The notes under the pieces: model-generated
Database searches by the model: none
Seen by the model: only the letters and a program-made list of their open reading frames with translations
What the model was told of the DNA's origin: nothing
Part shown: piece after piece, positions 26,999 through 42,900 of the stretch
Layout of the letters: each line of letters starts with the position of its first letter
How positions within the stretch are numbered: position 1 is the first letter of the stretch
Assembly (NCBI RefSeq): GCF_009914755.1
Contig: NC_060929.1
Strand: one strand, 5' to 3'
Length of the DNA stretch: 64,000 bases
From: the human T2T-CHM13v2.0 reference genome, Homo sapiens
Position numbers and translations under genes: made by a program

Positions 26999-28244
26999 AT
27001 TTGCCTTCTACTGTGAATAAGCATGCAGAAGGAGAGTTTTCTACTTGAATTAAAGGAGAGGCTGCAAAGCCCCCTAAGCCAAAGGGTGGCTCACGCACCT
27101 TCCTGGGAACTTACAGCATTTTATCTTTTCCTGGGAAGTTCAGAAGACCAGCCTAAGGCATTGAAACATGAAAGTGTGAAATATGTTGCCAGCCCAACTG
27201 CATTTTCTCACCGATGTGAGTGTCTCTGGGGCTCTGAAGGACCACTGTGAGCCTCCATGGGGCAACCTTCCCACCTCAAGGAAGGCAGGTAACTTTCCAG
27301 TCATTTAACTGCAGTGTAAGTGAGGTGTTTGCTGTGTTTGTTTGATTTTGGTTTATTCCAAGTCTCTTTTTAAACTTCTTTTGAAAACGATGAACTGGTG
27401 AAGAAAAGATGCCTGTAAGACAGTGAACACTGGCAGGGGTGAGGAGAGGAGGTGCTTCTGCACTGGGAGACTCTTTCTGAAAGTGAATTTGGTTCCATAC
27501 AAACCACCTTCTGCGACTGTGCAGCCTCACACGCGTGACTCATGCTGCCTTTTAAAATTGACTGTCCTATTTTTACCGAGTCTTCATTATCAAGTTGGTT
27601 AAGAGGCAGGACAGATGATTTTCCACACTGCACAGCCAGTCCATGAGGCAGCAGACCCTGTAACAGGAGCAGAGTTTTGGAGGTAAATAGGTCACCTCTT
27701 CCTGATGCATTACCTTATTTTGTTAGCAAATAGCAGGGTTGTGCTTTTTCCAGCAGTGATGCTGATAACGTTCTCATGCCAAAAATGTACCAAGTCAGAT
27801 CATATCCACTGTCATTTGAAACACTGCTTGTCATACAAGATACCCCAAACGGGGCTATATTTTGAAACTGAATGAGTGACAAAATGTCAGTTGGTTTCTT
27901 TGATATTCCCACAGAAAGAAATTGACTCTAATCCACACAGAACTTTCGGCTATTTTTGACATAGTCTTCTTTCGCTGTGTTAGCATGATTTCTGAAAGAT
28001 GATTACCCAGCTCTAAACATGCAAACGACATGCCTCTCTTTGAATAAGCCCACACATCTGAGAGAAGTTGGTAGTTGGTAGAGCAAGAGATACTAGTTGA
28101 GAACAAAAGCTTCCACTGCCAGGAAGGAGGGAAAATCTGAGCAGGCTGCCCAACATAAGGTCTGATGGAGAGAAAGAAAATTGTGTTCACTGTCCTTACA
28201 AAAGTCTTTGTCCAAATTAAGGAATCTTTATTTTAGCTCTGTGA

Positions 28245-28674
<430 letters not shown>

Positions 28675-28886
28675 ACTGTCCTTACTCACCTGAGAGCATG
28701 TGCGTCCTTCTTTTCTTTTGTTTCTGTTTTTCGAAAAGAAAGACGTAGCAACCTCCCCTGGGGCACTTTGTCCCCCTGGCCGTCTGTGCCTTGGTCTGCT
28801 CTCCTTCCCCAAGCCCCATTCCTGCAGTTTTTATAAATCTTGAGCTAACCACATTCTCATCTGCCCCTCTTGAAATCAGGGTTTGT

Positions 28887-29197
<311 letters not shown>

Positions 29198-29703
29198 TCA
29201 GGTTTGCAAAATGGAGTGTTGACTCTTTATGCCTAGGATAACAGTTACTTTTTGCAATAGTGGCACATTCTGATCCCGAAAATCACCTCCGCCCTGAGCA
29301 CCGGTGGGATGGAATGGGTCAGTGTGTCCTGCCCACGCCCTCTCACCTGCTGGACACCTGGCAGAGCAGGAGGGTTTCACCTGCTTTCCCCCATGATGGA
29401 AGGGGCACTGCTGATGGCCCACAACGTGTTTTACAAAATATTCCTTTGGTATGTTCACTCATTTGTACATTTAAAAGTAACTGTTGCATCTCTACTAGGT
29501 TTCAGGCAGGTGGAGATAAATAATTGAGGAAGATACAGCTTTGGTCTCAAAAGATAATGTCTCCACAGGGTTTACGAGGCAACTTGAGTTCCGTGGGTTA
29601 GGACTTTCCAGGAATAAATTAATAGGTGTCTGTGTTTTCAATTATTGAGGGCAGCAATTCCTTTATGACGACCCTGAACTTTGTAAATAGTGAATGATTT
29701 TCA

Positions 29704-29790
29704 TTTTTTTTTTTATTATACTCTAAGTTTTAGGGTACATGTGCACATTGTGCAGGTTAGTTACATATGTATACATGTGCCATGCTGGTG
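29704..29790 (-). mobile_element. Very short L1HS-type 3' end (76 bp plus A11)
   Basis: Reverse complement reads CACCAGCATGG...CACAATGTGCACATGTACCCTAAAACTTAGAGTATAAT-A11, with the L1HS-type G in CTTAGAG. Confidence 0.9.
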
Positions 29791-31765
29791 ATCAAATAAG
29801 AGGGTTTCGCTCCGTGGTTCTCAACAGAGATCCTGGTGTTTTGGTCTGGGGCATGGTGTGAGAATGAGTTATTTCTTGCTCTCTCTCTCATTCTGTTCTT
29901 CAGGTGACTGAAATGAGTGGCCTGAACTGGGAACAAATTGGGCTGATTTAGTATCTTTAGCCTTAGGTCAAGGAAGAAGTAAATTACACAAAGAGACAAT
30001 AGGGAAAGGAATGAATCAGTTAAGGAAGGGCTGGACGGATGGCGGAATCTCTGGAAGGGAAGGGAGAAGGTGAAGCTTAAGGACCTATTTGGGTCAGCCA
30101 AGCTCTTGCACCTGGAGACAGGGCCTGGCTGGTGTTGGAACAGCTGTGCTCTGAGTTGGGCGATTTCAGCCACCCAGGGTCCATGCTCACTGACTCTGCC
30201 TCAGGCCTTACAGCGTGTCGTGATCATCCTTTATGACCTAACTGCCTGGCCTGGGGTTTTGCCTCATCACAGGCCACTGCCTGTCTTCCGCCTTCCCTAA
30301 TACTTTACAATATATCTATCCCTCTATTCAGTAGCCAACATTTTTTTTCCTGTAATCCCTAGTATCTTTGAGGTCCAAAAATCCATAGCAAGTCATTATC
30401 CCTGTAATTCTTGGAGGTGAAGGATCTAAGAACATTTAATGTTATTAACATTAAAAAATGTGTTTATCACGATGCACAGATATAAGTCTTGTTTCACAGG
30501 TTGAAAAACTACAAAAGCAATATAATGTTTATTCTGCAATTTGTGTAGTATTTTTTATTAGCACTAGCTGATGTACAAAATTCTTAGTAATTTCAAACAT
30601 AATTTATAAGTGTGTATATATAGGAAATCTGTAATAGTTAAAAGGAGTACTATGAGATGATATTTTATATTTATATAACAATAAAGTCTCTTTGGATTTA
30701 TTTTTAAAATGAGACAAAAATAAGACCCTTCTCTGATCTTTTTCCTGACTGTACCAGAATTCTACACTCCACCCGACGTGTCCACTCTGCAGCTGTCCCA
30801 TGCGCACAAACCGCGGCCACCACCCTGCTACCATGTTGCCTCCACCGCCGCCTCTTCTCTCCCATTCCACTCTTCTGTGAGGAAGCTGCACTGGACTCAT
30901 GGTGTTCGCTTTCCAGTGATCAGAGAAGGGGCCCATAGACTTACTTTCCTGTGGTCTATCTTTCCCCAACTTTCTATCTGGGCTACTGTCTGAAAACTTT
31001 GAACATTAGGGACATTCTCCCTGCCTTCACTTTTGCACTGAGACCCATCTCTGCATTGCCCAGTGCATGTCTCTGTTGCCCCTGAGTCATCTACCACCTG
31101 TTCCCAGGAGCTCCCAGGCTGCCCATCTTGTCCCTGGACCAGCCCATGACTTAGTGCTAAGTCACACACATTTGTGACCTGGTCTTCTCTGCCCATGACC
31201 CCACTGGAGTGACAAACATCTACAACTTCAACCTGAATAAACTTGACTAAGACCAATGGGCAGCTCTGTGCACGGGTCCTGAGGGGGAAGGTACAGCTGA
31301 GAAAGAGATGGGAGACACAAATACTAAGGACAGAAAATCCTCCCACATGTGCTGCTTTCCGTTCTTTGCAAGAACAGCAATTCACCTCTCCAAAAGAAAG
31401 TTAGGAAGATAAATACAAAGAACATTGCTGGGACTCATGACAGATGCTTGTAAAAGCCTGGGATGGAATAGAAGAAAGAAATTTTTAAAAAGAAAAAAGA
31501 CACAATGACAACTGAGGTCGTCCAGAGCCGGCTATGTGAATCCTGTGATCCCAGAGCAGCAGCATAGCCAGAGCTGGTCCTTCTCCATCTCCCAGAAAAT
31601 ATCCCATTGTTCTCTGAGATCACCCAGCCTTTGTTCAAACCAATTCAAGCTAAGGGTATTTAGCTTTGAAAAGGAGCCAGAATCTCTGGTTCTGTATAGT
31701 TAGAGGGGGCTAATAAGAGGTACATCTGTTTTTCCAGTAAGCCTAAGAGTTCCACAGGGATGTGA

Positions 31766-32546
<781 letters not shown>

Positions 32547-33804
32547 TCGGCCATCCCACCACACTGATTCCTTGGACATGAGCATTCTTCTAAGGGAAGT
32601 AACTGAGGTGCTCCTGTCCCCTCCCAGTGACCAGATATCCACAGTTGTGATGATAATCTTCAGGATATTCCTGTGTCTCTGCTGCACATGTCCCTCAAGT
32701 ATAGAACATGAAGGGTAACCCTTGGGTATTGCAGATCCCCAGCAGAAGCCCAAGCTCAGCTTTAACAAACATTTCAAACAGGATAACTTTCCACTTAATG
32801 AAACAAAACCTCTGCTGTTTTTTATCTGAATATAGACGTCTCCATTAGTGAAGATCTTTAATATTCAGTATTCAACATATGTTTTTAAATGTTTCCCCCT
32901 TTTAAATATTAAGGCTTTCTCAGGCTCAGAAAGCACAATTGCTACAATGTTCTCAAAGGAGCCCTTGAAATAAATTTACCAAACCCAGCCAAAGGGATAC
33001 CCACATACATGTTTTCCTTTAAAAGTTAAGGAACTTATAAGTAATCTAAGTTACTGTATGCCAAGTTCTACATAGCCGATTCTCAACTATAGAAAGATTA
33101 CTTTTATTACCAAAACTTTTATGAGACAGGACAGAAGCCAGGGTAACTATGTATATGTATAGCAATGTCTCCTGTAGAATAAATACCTGCAAAATTGTTT
33201 AGCACCTTTGGATTCTGAATCTGCTTAACAAAGGCTTATGCAGGTGGCAGGCCTCTGAGAAAACTATCCTAGATGGAACAAAAACTTGGCTGAGTAAATG
33301 GAAATATTCACAATAGAGACCAATTTAAAAAAGAACATATTCCAAAGTTATCCAAAGCTACTATTTCCCTTGAAGCCAATTATATGGTACTCTATTATGG
33401 AGGTTTATATTTATGGAGTTGTTCAAACAGATAATGGCCTCTAAATATTGTGCCTAGGTCCAATTTGTGGCTAAAAAAAAGAATATATATTCTATAAAGT
33501 GGCTGAGATTGGAAACTCTCTTTAAACCTGTAATTCAGTACAGGTCAGCTGCATGTGGTTTTGCAAAAAAGAATGTTCAAACTCTTGTAATTGATATCTT
33601 AAATGAAATCTAATTGGTATCTTAAAGTGAAAGAGTTTTTCCAACCAGAAGTTCTTTAATATGTGGTTAAATTTTCATTGCAGCCTGCATGCAGGGAGCT
33701 GATGTAGCTCGCAAGCATGTTCCATGACCTGGTGTCTTTCTTGGAAGGCTCCTTTCCATAGCTCTGTCTCTGGTCTCCATGCTTCTTACTGAGCCCCACA
33801 GCCC

Positions 33805-33922
33805 TGACCCTTCAAAATTTCTCTTTCCACCTCTGTCACATGGAGGTAATGAAATTCCATACCTAGTGGGTTAGTCATGAGGCGAAGGTGGGATAGCTTG
33901 GGAATAGACACTTTGTAAACCC
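33805..33922 (+). mobile_element. MIR core fragment
   Basis: tttccacctctgtcacatggaggtaatgaa...cactttgtaaac. Confidence 0.55.
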
Positions 33923-34660
33923 AACAACTTCTCCCTTACCCTTGGACTTTTGGGCAGTGTGATTGTCCTCAGATTCAGTACCCACTCTCTGGACCAATTT
34001 CATTGAAATTCATTTCTGCAATAGAAACATTGGCATTTTAAAAAGAACTATGGCCAATTTCTGATCCACATGTCTCCTTCCTCTACTGTAAGGTAAAAAT
34101 CTGGAAAAAAAATCAGATTTTTTTAGAGAGATAAAATTATAAGATAGTTGATAATCATTGAAAAATGATTTTTCTTCCCAATAGCTTTGAGTTTCAATTT
34201 TTCCAAAACTGTGCATAAGAAGAAAAGTACTGTTGAAGATAAGGGAAGAAGTTGACACCCATTCTGATAATAATTTTTTTCATTAATATTTTTTAAGAAT
34301 CGATGTTGACATCTGCTCTAGGATATATGATCAAAAATTAAAAAGTCAAATAGCTTTACCAGCACCTGTCAACCTCAGAGGTTGCATCATCAACTGATTA
34401 AAATTAGTTGGAATGTATTCTTTTTTTCTTCTATTTTAATTCTTATATTTTAGCTGTATTTCTTGAAAGGCTATCCTACTGAATATAATAAAATATGTTT
34501 GACTTTAACAGGAATAATTAGTCTAATTATGCTTAATGTGTTAATGTATATTTTTGGGATGCATTTACCAATTTATCATGGGCTTCTCATGATACTTGTA
34601 TGCTCTTAGTTTTTTTTAATTAACTTCTGTATTATTTCTACCTTTTACCCTTTATACTTT

Positions 34661-35503
34661 TGATATGGAAGTGCTGGAAAGGGAAGAGTGTGGTCCCTTT
34701 AAATGATATGGAAGTGGGGAAGGGAAGTGCTGGGTAGAGGAGGGCATAGTCCCTGGCTAAGTCTCCACCCCCACGGACCTAGGTGAGGACAGGCACTTCT
34801 GCCTTCGCGCCCAAATGTTGCATTTTCCAAGACCACCCTGGCCCTCCAAGCCCCCACCCTGGGCCTATAAAAACTCGAGAGCCCAGCAAAGCAGACACAC
34901 AGGCGGCGAGACGTCAAGAGGAGCAGGCACATCAACGGAAGGAGACACAAGCGACTGGACGGCGAGAGGACATCAAGGGGGCACGTCGAGGGAAGGGCAC
35001 ACCGACAGACGGCCATGGATCCGCAGGACAAGGCAGAGATTGGCCGGGGCGGTCAGAGGAGAGCCGGGCTGCCACTGAGCAGCCCAATCCCAGGGGAAAA
35101 CCATCTCCCTTCTGGCTCCCCCATCCGCAGATAGCTACTTCCATTCAATAAAGCTTTGCACGAATTCTCCAAGCCCAAGTGTGATCCAATTTTTCCAGCA
35201 CTCCAAGGCAAGAACCCGGGATACAGAAAGCCCTCTGTCCTCCTGACAAGGTAGAGCGTCTAATTGAGCTGTTTAACACAAGCTGCCTATAGACTGCAAA
35301 CTCAGAGAGCATCCTGTAACACACGCCCACTGGGGCTTCAGGAGCTGTAAACATTCACCCCTAGAGACTGCTGTGGGGTTGGAGCCCCACAGTCGGCCCA
35401 TCTATATGCTCCCCTAGAAGTTTGAGCAGTGGGACGCTGAAGAAGAGAGCCACACCCCCATCACACACCCTGTGAGGGGGATAAGGGAACCTTTCCATTT
35501 TCA
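34661..35503 (+). mobile_element. ERV1 solo LTR, LTR1 family (LTR1B-like)
   Basis: TG...CA termini; perfect TSD CTTT (34657-34660, 35504-35507); duplicated tgatatggaagtg 5' unit; TATAAAA 34866; AATAAA 35147. Confidence 0.88.
34866..34872 (+). promoter_or_regulatory. TATA box of the LTR (activity unknown)
   Basis: cctataaaaa upstream of the LTR poly(A) signal, in the expected U3 position. Confidence 0.55.
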
Positions 35504-35669
35504 CTTTGAAGGATGTATACTAAGTATTTCTTAGTTTTTAACTTGGAAACTATAGGATGTTTTAAAAATCTACCGGAAAAAGAGTTGAAAGCTTCCATAT
35601 GAACATGAGTGAAATGTGTGCAGGTTACCTATCACCTACTATCAAATGAAAAACAGAACAAAAACAGTG

Positions 35670-35910
35670 AGACAGTGAGGCTCTGGGGTCTACAGTGTGC
35701 ATTGTATGTTCATAGTCCATCTGAGCTGCTGACCAGCTGTGGGATCCTGGGCAAGTCACCCAACCTCTCTGCACCATTCATTTCCTCATTGATGAAACAA
35801 GGGCAGTGCGGGTGTCTCTGTCATGGGGCCCTTTGCAGGCTGAGTGAGTTAATACACATGAAGCTGTGGGTCAGGGCTGCCCCCAGAAAGCACAGAATAC
35901 ATGGTATCCA
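35670..35910 (+). mobile_element. MIR
   Basis: accagctgtgggatcctgggcaagtcacccaacctctctg...gagttaatacacatgaag. Confidence 0.85.
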
Positions 35911-36107
35911 GATGAGCCCTGGCGAGTTCATCCCCAACCATCCAATGCTCCTATTTATGTCTCTCTAGTATCCCTGAGCACAAGGGCGTTCATGATGTGT
36001 TCACCTTTCTGTCTCTGCTTCTAGTGTCTGAATTTTATGCAAGCAGGAACTATGACTTTCTTCCCTTCCTCCCTGTTGCTCATAACTCAAGAGCTACTCA
36101 GCCAACA

Positions 36108-36741
<634 letters not shown>

Positions 36742-37409
36742 ACAAATGGCTATTGACTGAATGAATGAGTGAACAAGTCCTGCCAATAAAAACTTTCGGT
36801 GTTTCCATAATTGAGAATAAACTCACATACCTAATGCAGAAAATACTCTACAATCTGTCTGCAGCCCACATTAAAGGCCAGGTTCCTCTAGGGATACCTA
36901 TTGGTATTTAGTCTTAAAAATCAACTGAACTGTTTGTAGCTCCCAAAACATGCCTCATGTTTTTCTGTTTTTCATTATTCTTTCTTTCCCATTATCATGT
37001 ACTTTCATCCACATCAGTGAGTTAGGTTCAGTAAAACACATGGAGCTAGCCTAACTCAGAACTGATTAAATATACTTTGGAGAATTTATTTAAAATAATT
37101 CTATACATGATTTTAGAAACTGTAAATTAATGCAGGTTCATAATCACAATGAACAAAATATGGTTAAATTGTATACAATTTATAAATAAGTGCTGTAAAT
37201 ATTATTTGCAACTTGTTCAAAATTAGCTGAAAAATGTTAAGCAATAAATTCACAGTTTGGAACACCAAAAAAAAAAAAGATTCAAGCATTCAAGTTTCTC
37301 ATTAATGGTACTTACTGGAAAAATAACTTGTAAACATGATATCCCTGGAATTTTTTCCTTTAAAGGCAAGTGAGAAATGGTAAACATTTATTTTTAAAAT
37401 TATAGATTG

Positions 37410-37840
37410 TGATATCATCTCACTCCAGTTAAAATGGCTTTTATCAAAAAGACAAAAAATAGTGGATGTAGAGATAAGGGAACACTTTTACAGGGTAGTG
37501 TGAAAGTAAATAAGTACAGCCACCACCAAAAACAGTATGGAGGTTCCTCAGACGACTAAAAATGGAACTACCTTCTGATCCAGCAATTTTACTGCAGGGT
37601 AGATACCCAAAGGAAAGGAAATCAGTACCTCAAAGAGATAGTTCCACCCGCATGTTTCCTGCAGCACTGTACCCAGTAGCCAACGTATGGAATCCACAGG
37701 TGTTCATCAGTGGAGGAATGGATAAAGAAAATGTGGTCTACACACATGATGAAATATTATTCAACCATAAAAAAGAATAAAATTTTGTCATTTGCAGCAA
37801 CATGGACAGAACTGGAGGACATTACATTAAGTGACATAAG
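37410..37840 (+). mobile_element. L1MA-type ORF2 C-terminal fragment
   Basis: ORF 37562-37780 [20 protein letters not shown] resembles the L1 ORF2 C-terminus; ends ttaagtgacataag. Confidence 0.88.
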
Positions 37841-38862
37841 ATTCCCTCAGGTACCTACACCACCAGGGCCCTAGGTTTCAAGCACAGAACTGGGTGGCTA
37901 TTTGGGCAGACACCGAGCTAGCTTCAGGAGTTTATTTTTCACACCCTAGTGGCACATTGAATGCCAGCAAGGCAGAGCCATTCACTCCCTTGGAAAGGGG
38001 GCTGAAGCCAGGGAGCCAAGTGGTCTTCCTCAGTGGATCCCACCCCCATGGAACCAAACAAGCTAAAATCCACTGGCTTGAAATTCGTGCTGCCAGCACA
38101 GCAGTCTGAAGTCAACCTGGGACACTCGAGCTTGGTGGGGGAGGGGCATCACCATTACTGAGGCTTGCATAGGTGGTTTTCCCCTCACAATGTAAACAAA
38201 GCCACCAGAAAGTTCCGACTGGGCAGAGCCCACCGCAGGACCACAAAGCTGCTGTAGCCAGACTGCCTCTCTAGATTCCTCCTCTCTGGGAAGGGCATCT
38301 CTTAAAGAAAGGTAGCAGCCCAAGTCAGGGCTTAAAGATAAAACTCCAATCTCCATGGGACAGAGCATCGGGGGGAAGGGGTGGCTGTGGGTGCAGCTTC
38401 AGCAGACTTAAATGTTCCTGCCTGCCAGCTCTGAAGAGAGCAGTAGATCTCCCAGCATAGTGCTCCAGCTCTGCTAAGAGACAGACTGCCTCCTCAAGTG
38501 GGTCCCTGACCCCTGTGCCTCCTGATGGGGAGACATCTCCCAGCAGGGGTCAACAGACACCTCAGACAGGAGAGCTCTGGCTGGCATCTGGTGGGTGCCT
38601 TTCTGAGATGAAGCTTCCAGAGGAAGGAGCAGGCAGCAATCTTTACTGTTCTGCAACCTCTGCTGGTAATACTCAGGCAAACAGGGTCTGGAGTGGACCC
38701 CAGGCAAACTCCAGCAGACCTGCAGAAGTGGGGCCTGACTGTTAGAAGGAAAACTAACAGACAGAAAGCAATAACATCGACATCAACAAAAAGGATGACC
38801 GTGCAAAAACTCCATCTGAAGGTCACCAGCAGCAAAGACCAAAGGTAGATAAATCCACGAAG

Positions 38863-39950
38863 ATGAGGAAAAACCAACACAAAAAAGCTGAAAATTCCAA
38901 AAACCAGAATGGTTCTTCTCCTCCAAAGGATCACAACTCCTTGCAAGCAAGGGAACAAAACTGAACAGAGAATGAGTTTGATAAATTGACAGAGGTAGGC
39001 TTCAGAAGGTGGGTAAGAACAAACTCCTCCAAACTAAAGGAGCATGTTCTAACCCAATGCAAGGAAGCTAAAAACCTTGACAAAAGGTTAGAGGAATTGC
39101 AAACTAGAATAACCAGTTTAGAGAAGAACATAAATGACCCAATGGAGCTGAAAAACACAGCATGAGAACTTCGTGAAGCATATATGAGTATCATCAGCCA
39201 AGTAGATCAAGCAGAAGAAAGGATATCAGAGATTGAAGATCAACTTAATGAAATAAAGTCTGAAAACAAGATTAGAGAAAAAAGAATGAAAAGGAATGAA
39301 CAAAGACTCCAAGAAATATGGGACTATGTGAAAAGACCAAACCTACGTTTGATTGGTGTACCTGAAAGTGACAGGGAGAATAGAACCAAGTTGGAAAACA
39401 CTCTTCAGGATATTATCAAGGAGAACTTCACCAACCTAGCGAGACTGACCAACATTCAAATTCTGGAAATACAGAGAACACCACAAAGATACTCCTCAAG
39501 AAGAGCAACCCCAAGACATATAGTTGTAAGATTCACCAAGGTTGAAATGAAGGAAAAAGTGTCAAGGGCAGTCAGAGAGAAAGGTCTTGTTACCCACAAA
39601 GGGAATCCCATCAGATTAACATGGCTCTCTCTGCAAAAACCCTACAAGCCAGAAGAGAGTGGAGGCCAATATTCAACATTCTTAAAGTAAAGAATTTTCA
39701 ACCCAGAATTTCATATCCAGCCAAACTAAGCTTCATAAATGAAAGAGAAAAAAAAAAACAAAACCCTTTACAGACAAGCAAATGCTGAGGGATTTTGTCA
39801 CCACCAGGCCTGCCTTACAAGAACTCCTGAAGGAAGCACAAAATATGGAAAGGAAAAACCGGTACCAGCCACTGCAAAAACAAACCAAACTGCAAATACC
39901 CTCGACACTATGAAAAAAATGCACCAACTAATGGGCAAAATAACCATCTA
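38863..39950 (+). pseudogene. Disrupted L1 ORF1p
   Basis: ATG at 38863; fragment 39184-39690 has QEIWDYVKRPNLRLIGVPE and RATPRHIVVRFTKV; stops and frameshifts, including an expanded A-run near 39747. Confidence 0.92.
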
Positions 39951-39958
39951 GCATCATA

Positions 39959-42900
39959 ATGACAGGATCAAAGTCACACATAACAATATTAACCTTAAAC
40001 ATAAACTGGATAAATGCCCCAATTAAAAGGCACAGAGTGGCAAATTGGATAAAGGGTCAAGACCCATTGGTGTGCTGTATTCAGGAGACCCATCTCATGT
40101 GCAATGACACATGTAGGCTCAAAATAAAGGGATGGAGGAAGATTTACCATGCAAATGGAAAGCCAAAAAAAAGCAGAGGTTGCAATGCTAGTCTCTGATA
40201 AAACAGACTTTAAACCGATAAAGGTCAAAAAAGACAAAGGTGGGCATTGCATAATGGTAAAGGAATCAATGCAACAAGAAGAGCTAACTATTCTAAATAT
40301 ATATGCATCCAATACAGGAGCACCCAGATTCATAGAGCAAGTTCTTAGAGACGTCCAAAGAGACTTAAACTCCCACACAATAAGAGTGACAGACTTTAAC
40401 ACCGCACTGCCAGTATTAGTGCGAGACAGAAAATTAACAAGAATATTCAGGACTTGAACTCAGCTCTGGACCAAGCAGACTTAATAGACATCTATAGAAC
40501 TCTCCACCCCAAATCAACAGAATATACATTCTTCTCAGCCCCACATAGCACTTATTCTAAAATTGGCAACAGAATTGGAAGTAAAACACTCCTCAGCAAA
40601 TGCAAAAGAATGGAAATCATAACAAACACTATCTCAGACCACAGTGTAATCAAATTAGAACTCAGGATTAAGAAACTCACTCAAAACCACACTACATGGA
40701 AACTGAACAACCTGCCCCTGAATGACTACTGGGTACATGATGAAATGAAGGCAGACATAAAGAAGTTCTTACAAACCAATGAGAACAAAGATACAACGTA
40801 TATCAGAATCTCTGGGACACAGCTAAAGCAGTGTTTAGAGGGAAATGTATACCCCCAAATGCCCACAGGAGAAAGCAGGAAAGATCTAAAATTGACACCT
40901 AACATCACAATGAAAAGAACTAGAAAAGCAAGAGCAAACAAATTCTAAGACTAGCAGAAGACAAGAAATAACTAAGATCAGAGCAGAACTGAAGGAGATA
41001 GAGACACGGAAAACCCTTCAAAAAACCAGTGAATCCAGGAGCTGGTTTTTTGAAAAGATTAACAAAGTAGATAGCCAGCTAGCCAAACCAATAAAGAAGA
41101 AAAGAGAGATGAATCAAATAGACACAATAAAAAATGATAAACAGGAGATTACCACTGATTGCAACAGAAATACAAATTACCATTATAGAATACACTATAA
41201 ACACCTCTATGAAAATAAACTAGAAAATCTAGAGGAAATGGATAAATTCCTGGACACATACACACTCCCAAGACTAAACCAGGAAGAAGTCAAATCTCTG
41301 AATAGACCAATAAGAAGTTCTGAAATTGAGGCAGTAATTAATAGCCTATCAACCAAAAAAAGCCCAAGACTAGACAAATTCATGGCTGAATTTTACCAGA
41401 GGTACAAAGAGGAGCTGGTACCAGTCCTTCTGAAACTATTCCAAACAATAGAAAAATAAGGACTCCTCCTTAACTCATTTTATGAGGCCAGCATAATCCT
41501 GAAAGCAAAACCCGGCAGAGACACAACAAAAAAAATAAAATTTCAGGCCAACATCCCTGATGAACATTGATGCGAACATTTTCAATAAAATACTGGCAAA
41601 CTAAATCCAGCAGTCCATTAAAAAGCATATCCACCATAATCAAGTTGGCTTCATCCCTGGGATGCAAGGCTGGATCAAAATAGGCAAATCAATAAATGTA
41701 ATCCATCACATTAACAGAACTAATGACGAAAGCCATATGATTATCTCAATAGATGAAGAAAAGATCTTTAATAAAATTCAACATGCCTTCATGCTAAAAA
41801 CACTCAATAAACTAGGTATTGTTGGAACATATCTCAAAATAATAAGAGCTATTTATGACAGTCCCACAGCTAATATTGTACTGAATGGGCAAAAGCTGGA
41901 AGCATTCCCTTTGAAAACCGGCACAAGACAAGGAGGCCCTCCTCCACCACTCCTATTCAACATAGTATTGAAAGTTTTGGCCAGGGCAATCAGGCAAGAG
42001 AAAGAAAAAAAGTGTATTCAAATAGGAAGAGAGGAAGTCAAATTGTCGCTGTTTGCAGACAACATGACTGTATATTTCAAAAACCCCATCATCTCAGCCC
42101 AAAATCTCCTTAAGCTGATAAGCAACTTCAGCAAAGTTTTGGGGTACAAAATCAATGTGCAAAAATCACAAGCATTCCTATACACAAATATCAGACAACT
42201 AGAGAACCAAATCATGAGTGAACTCCCTTTCACAATTGCTACAAAATGAATAACGTACCTAGGAATACAACTTACAAGGGATGTGAAGGACCTCTTCAAG
42301 GAGAACTACAAACCACTGTTCAAGGAAATAAGAGAGGACACCAACAAATGGAGAAAGCTTCATGTTCACGTATAGGAAGAATCAATATTGTGAAAATGGC
42401 CATACTGCTCAAAGTAATTTATAGATTCAATGTTATTCCCACTAAGCTATCATTGACTTTCTTCAGAGAATTAGAAAAAAAAAAAAACTTTAAATTTCAT
42501 ATGGAACCAAAAAAGAGCCCATATAGCCAAGACAATCCTAAGCAAAAAGAACAAAGCTGGAGGCATCACGGTACCTGACTTCAAACTATACTACAAGGCT
42601 ACAGTAACCAAAACAGCATGGTACTGGTACCAAAACAGAGATATAGACCAATGAAACAGAACAAAGGCCTCAGAAATAATGCCACACATCTACAACCATC
42701 TGATCTTTGACAAACCTGACAAAAACAAGCAATGGGGAAAGGATTCCCTATTTAACAAATAGTGAAGAGAAAACTGGCTAGCCATACACAGAAAACTGAA
42801 ACTGGAGCCCTTCCTTATACCTTAAACAAGAATTAACTCAAGATGGATTAAAGATTTAAATGTAAGACCTAAAACCATAAAAACCCTAGAAGAAAACCTA

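Noticed and set aside
25998-27048. His/Thr-rich and Val/Cys-rich ORFs
   Set aside because: These are translations of the (TG)n/(CA)n tract.
30604-31385. 121-aa and 162-aa minus-strand ORFs
   Set aside because: No recognisable homology, domain or coding-like composition.
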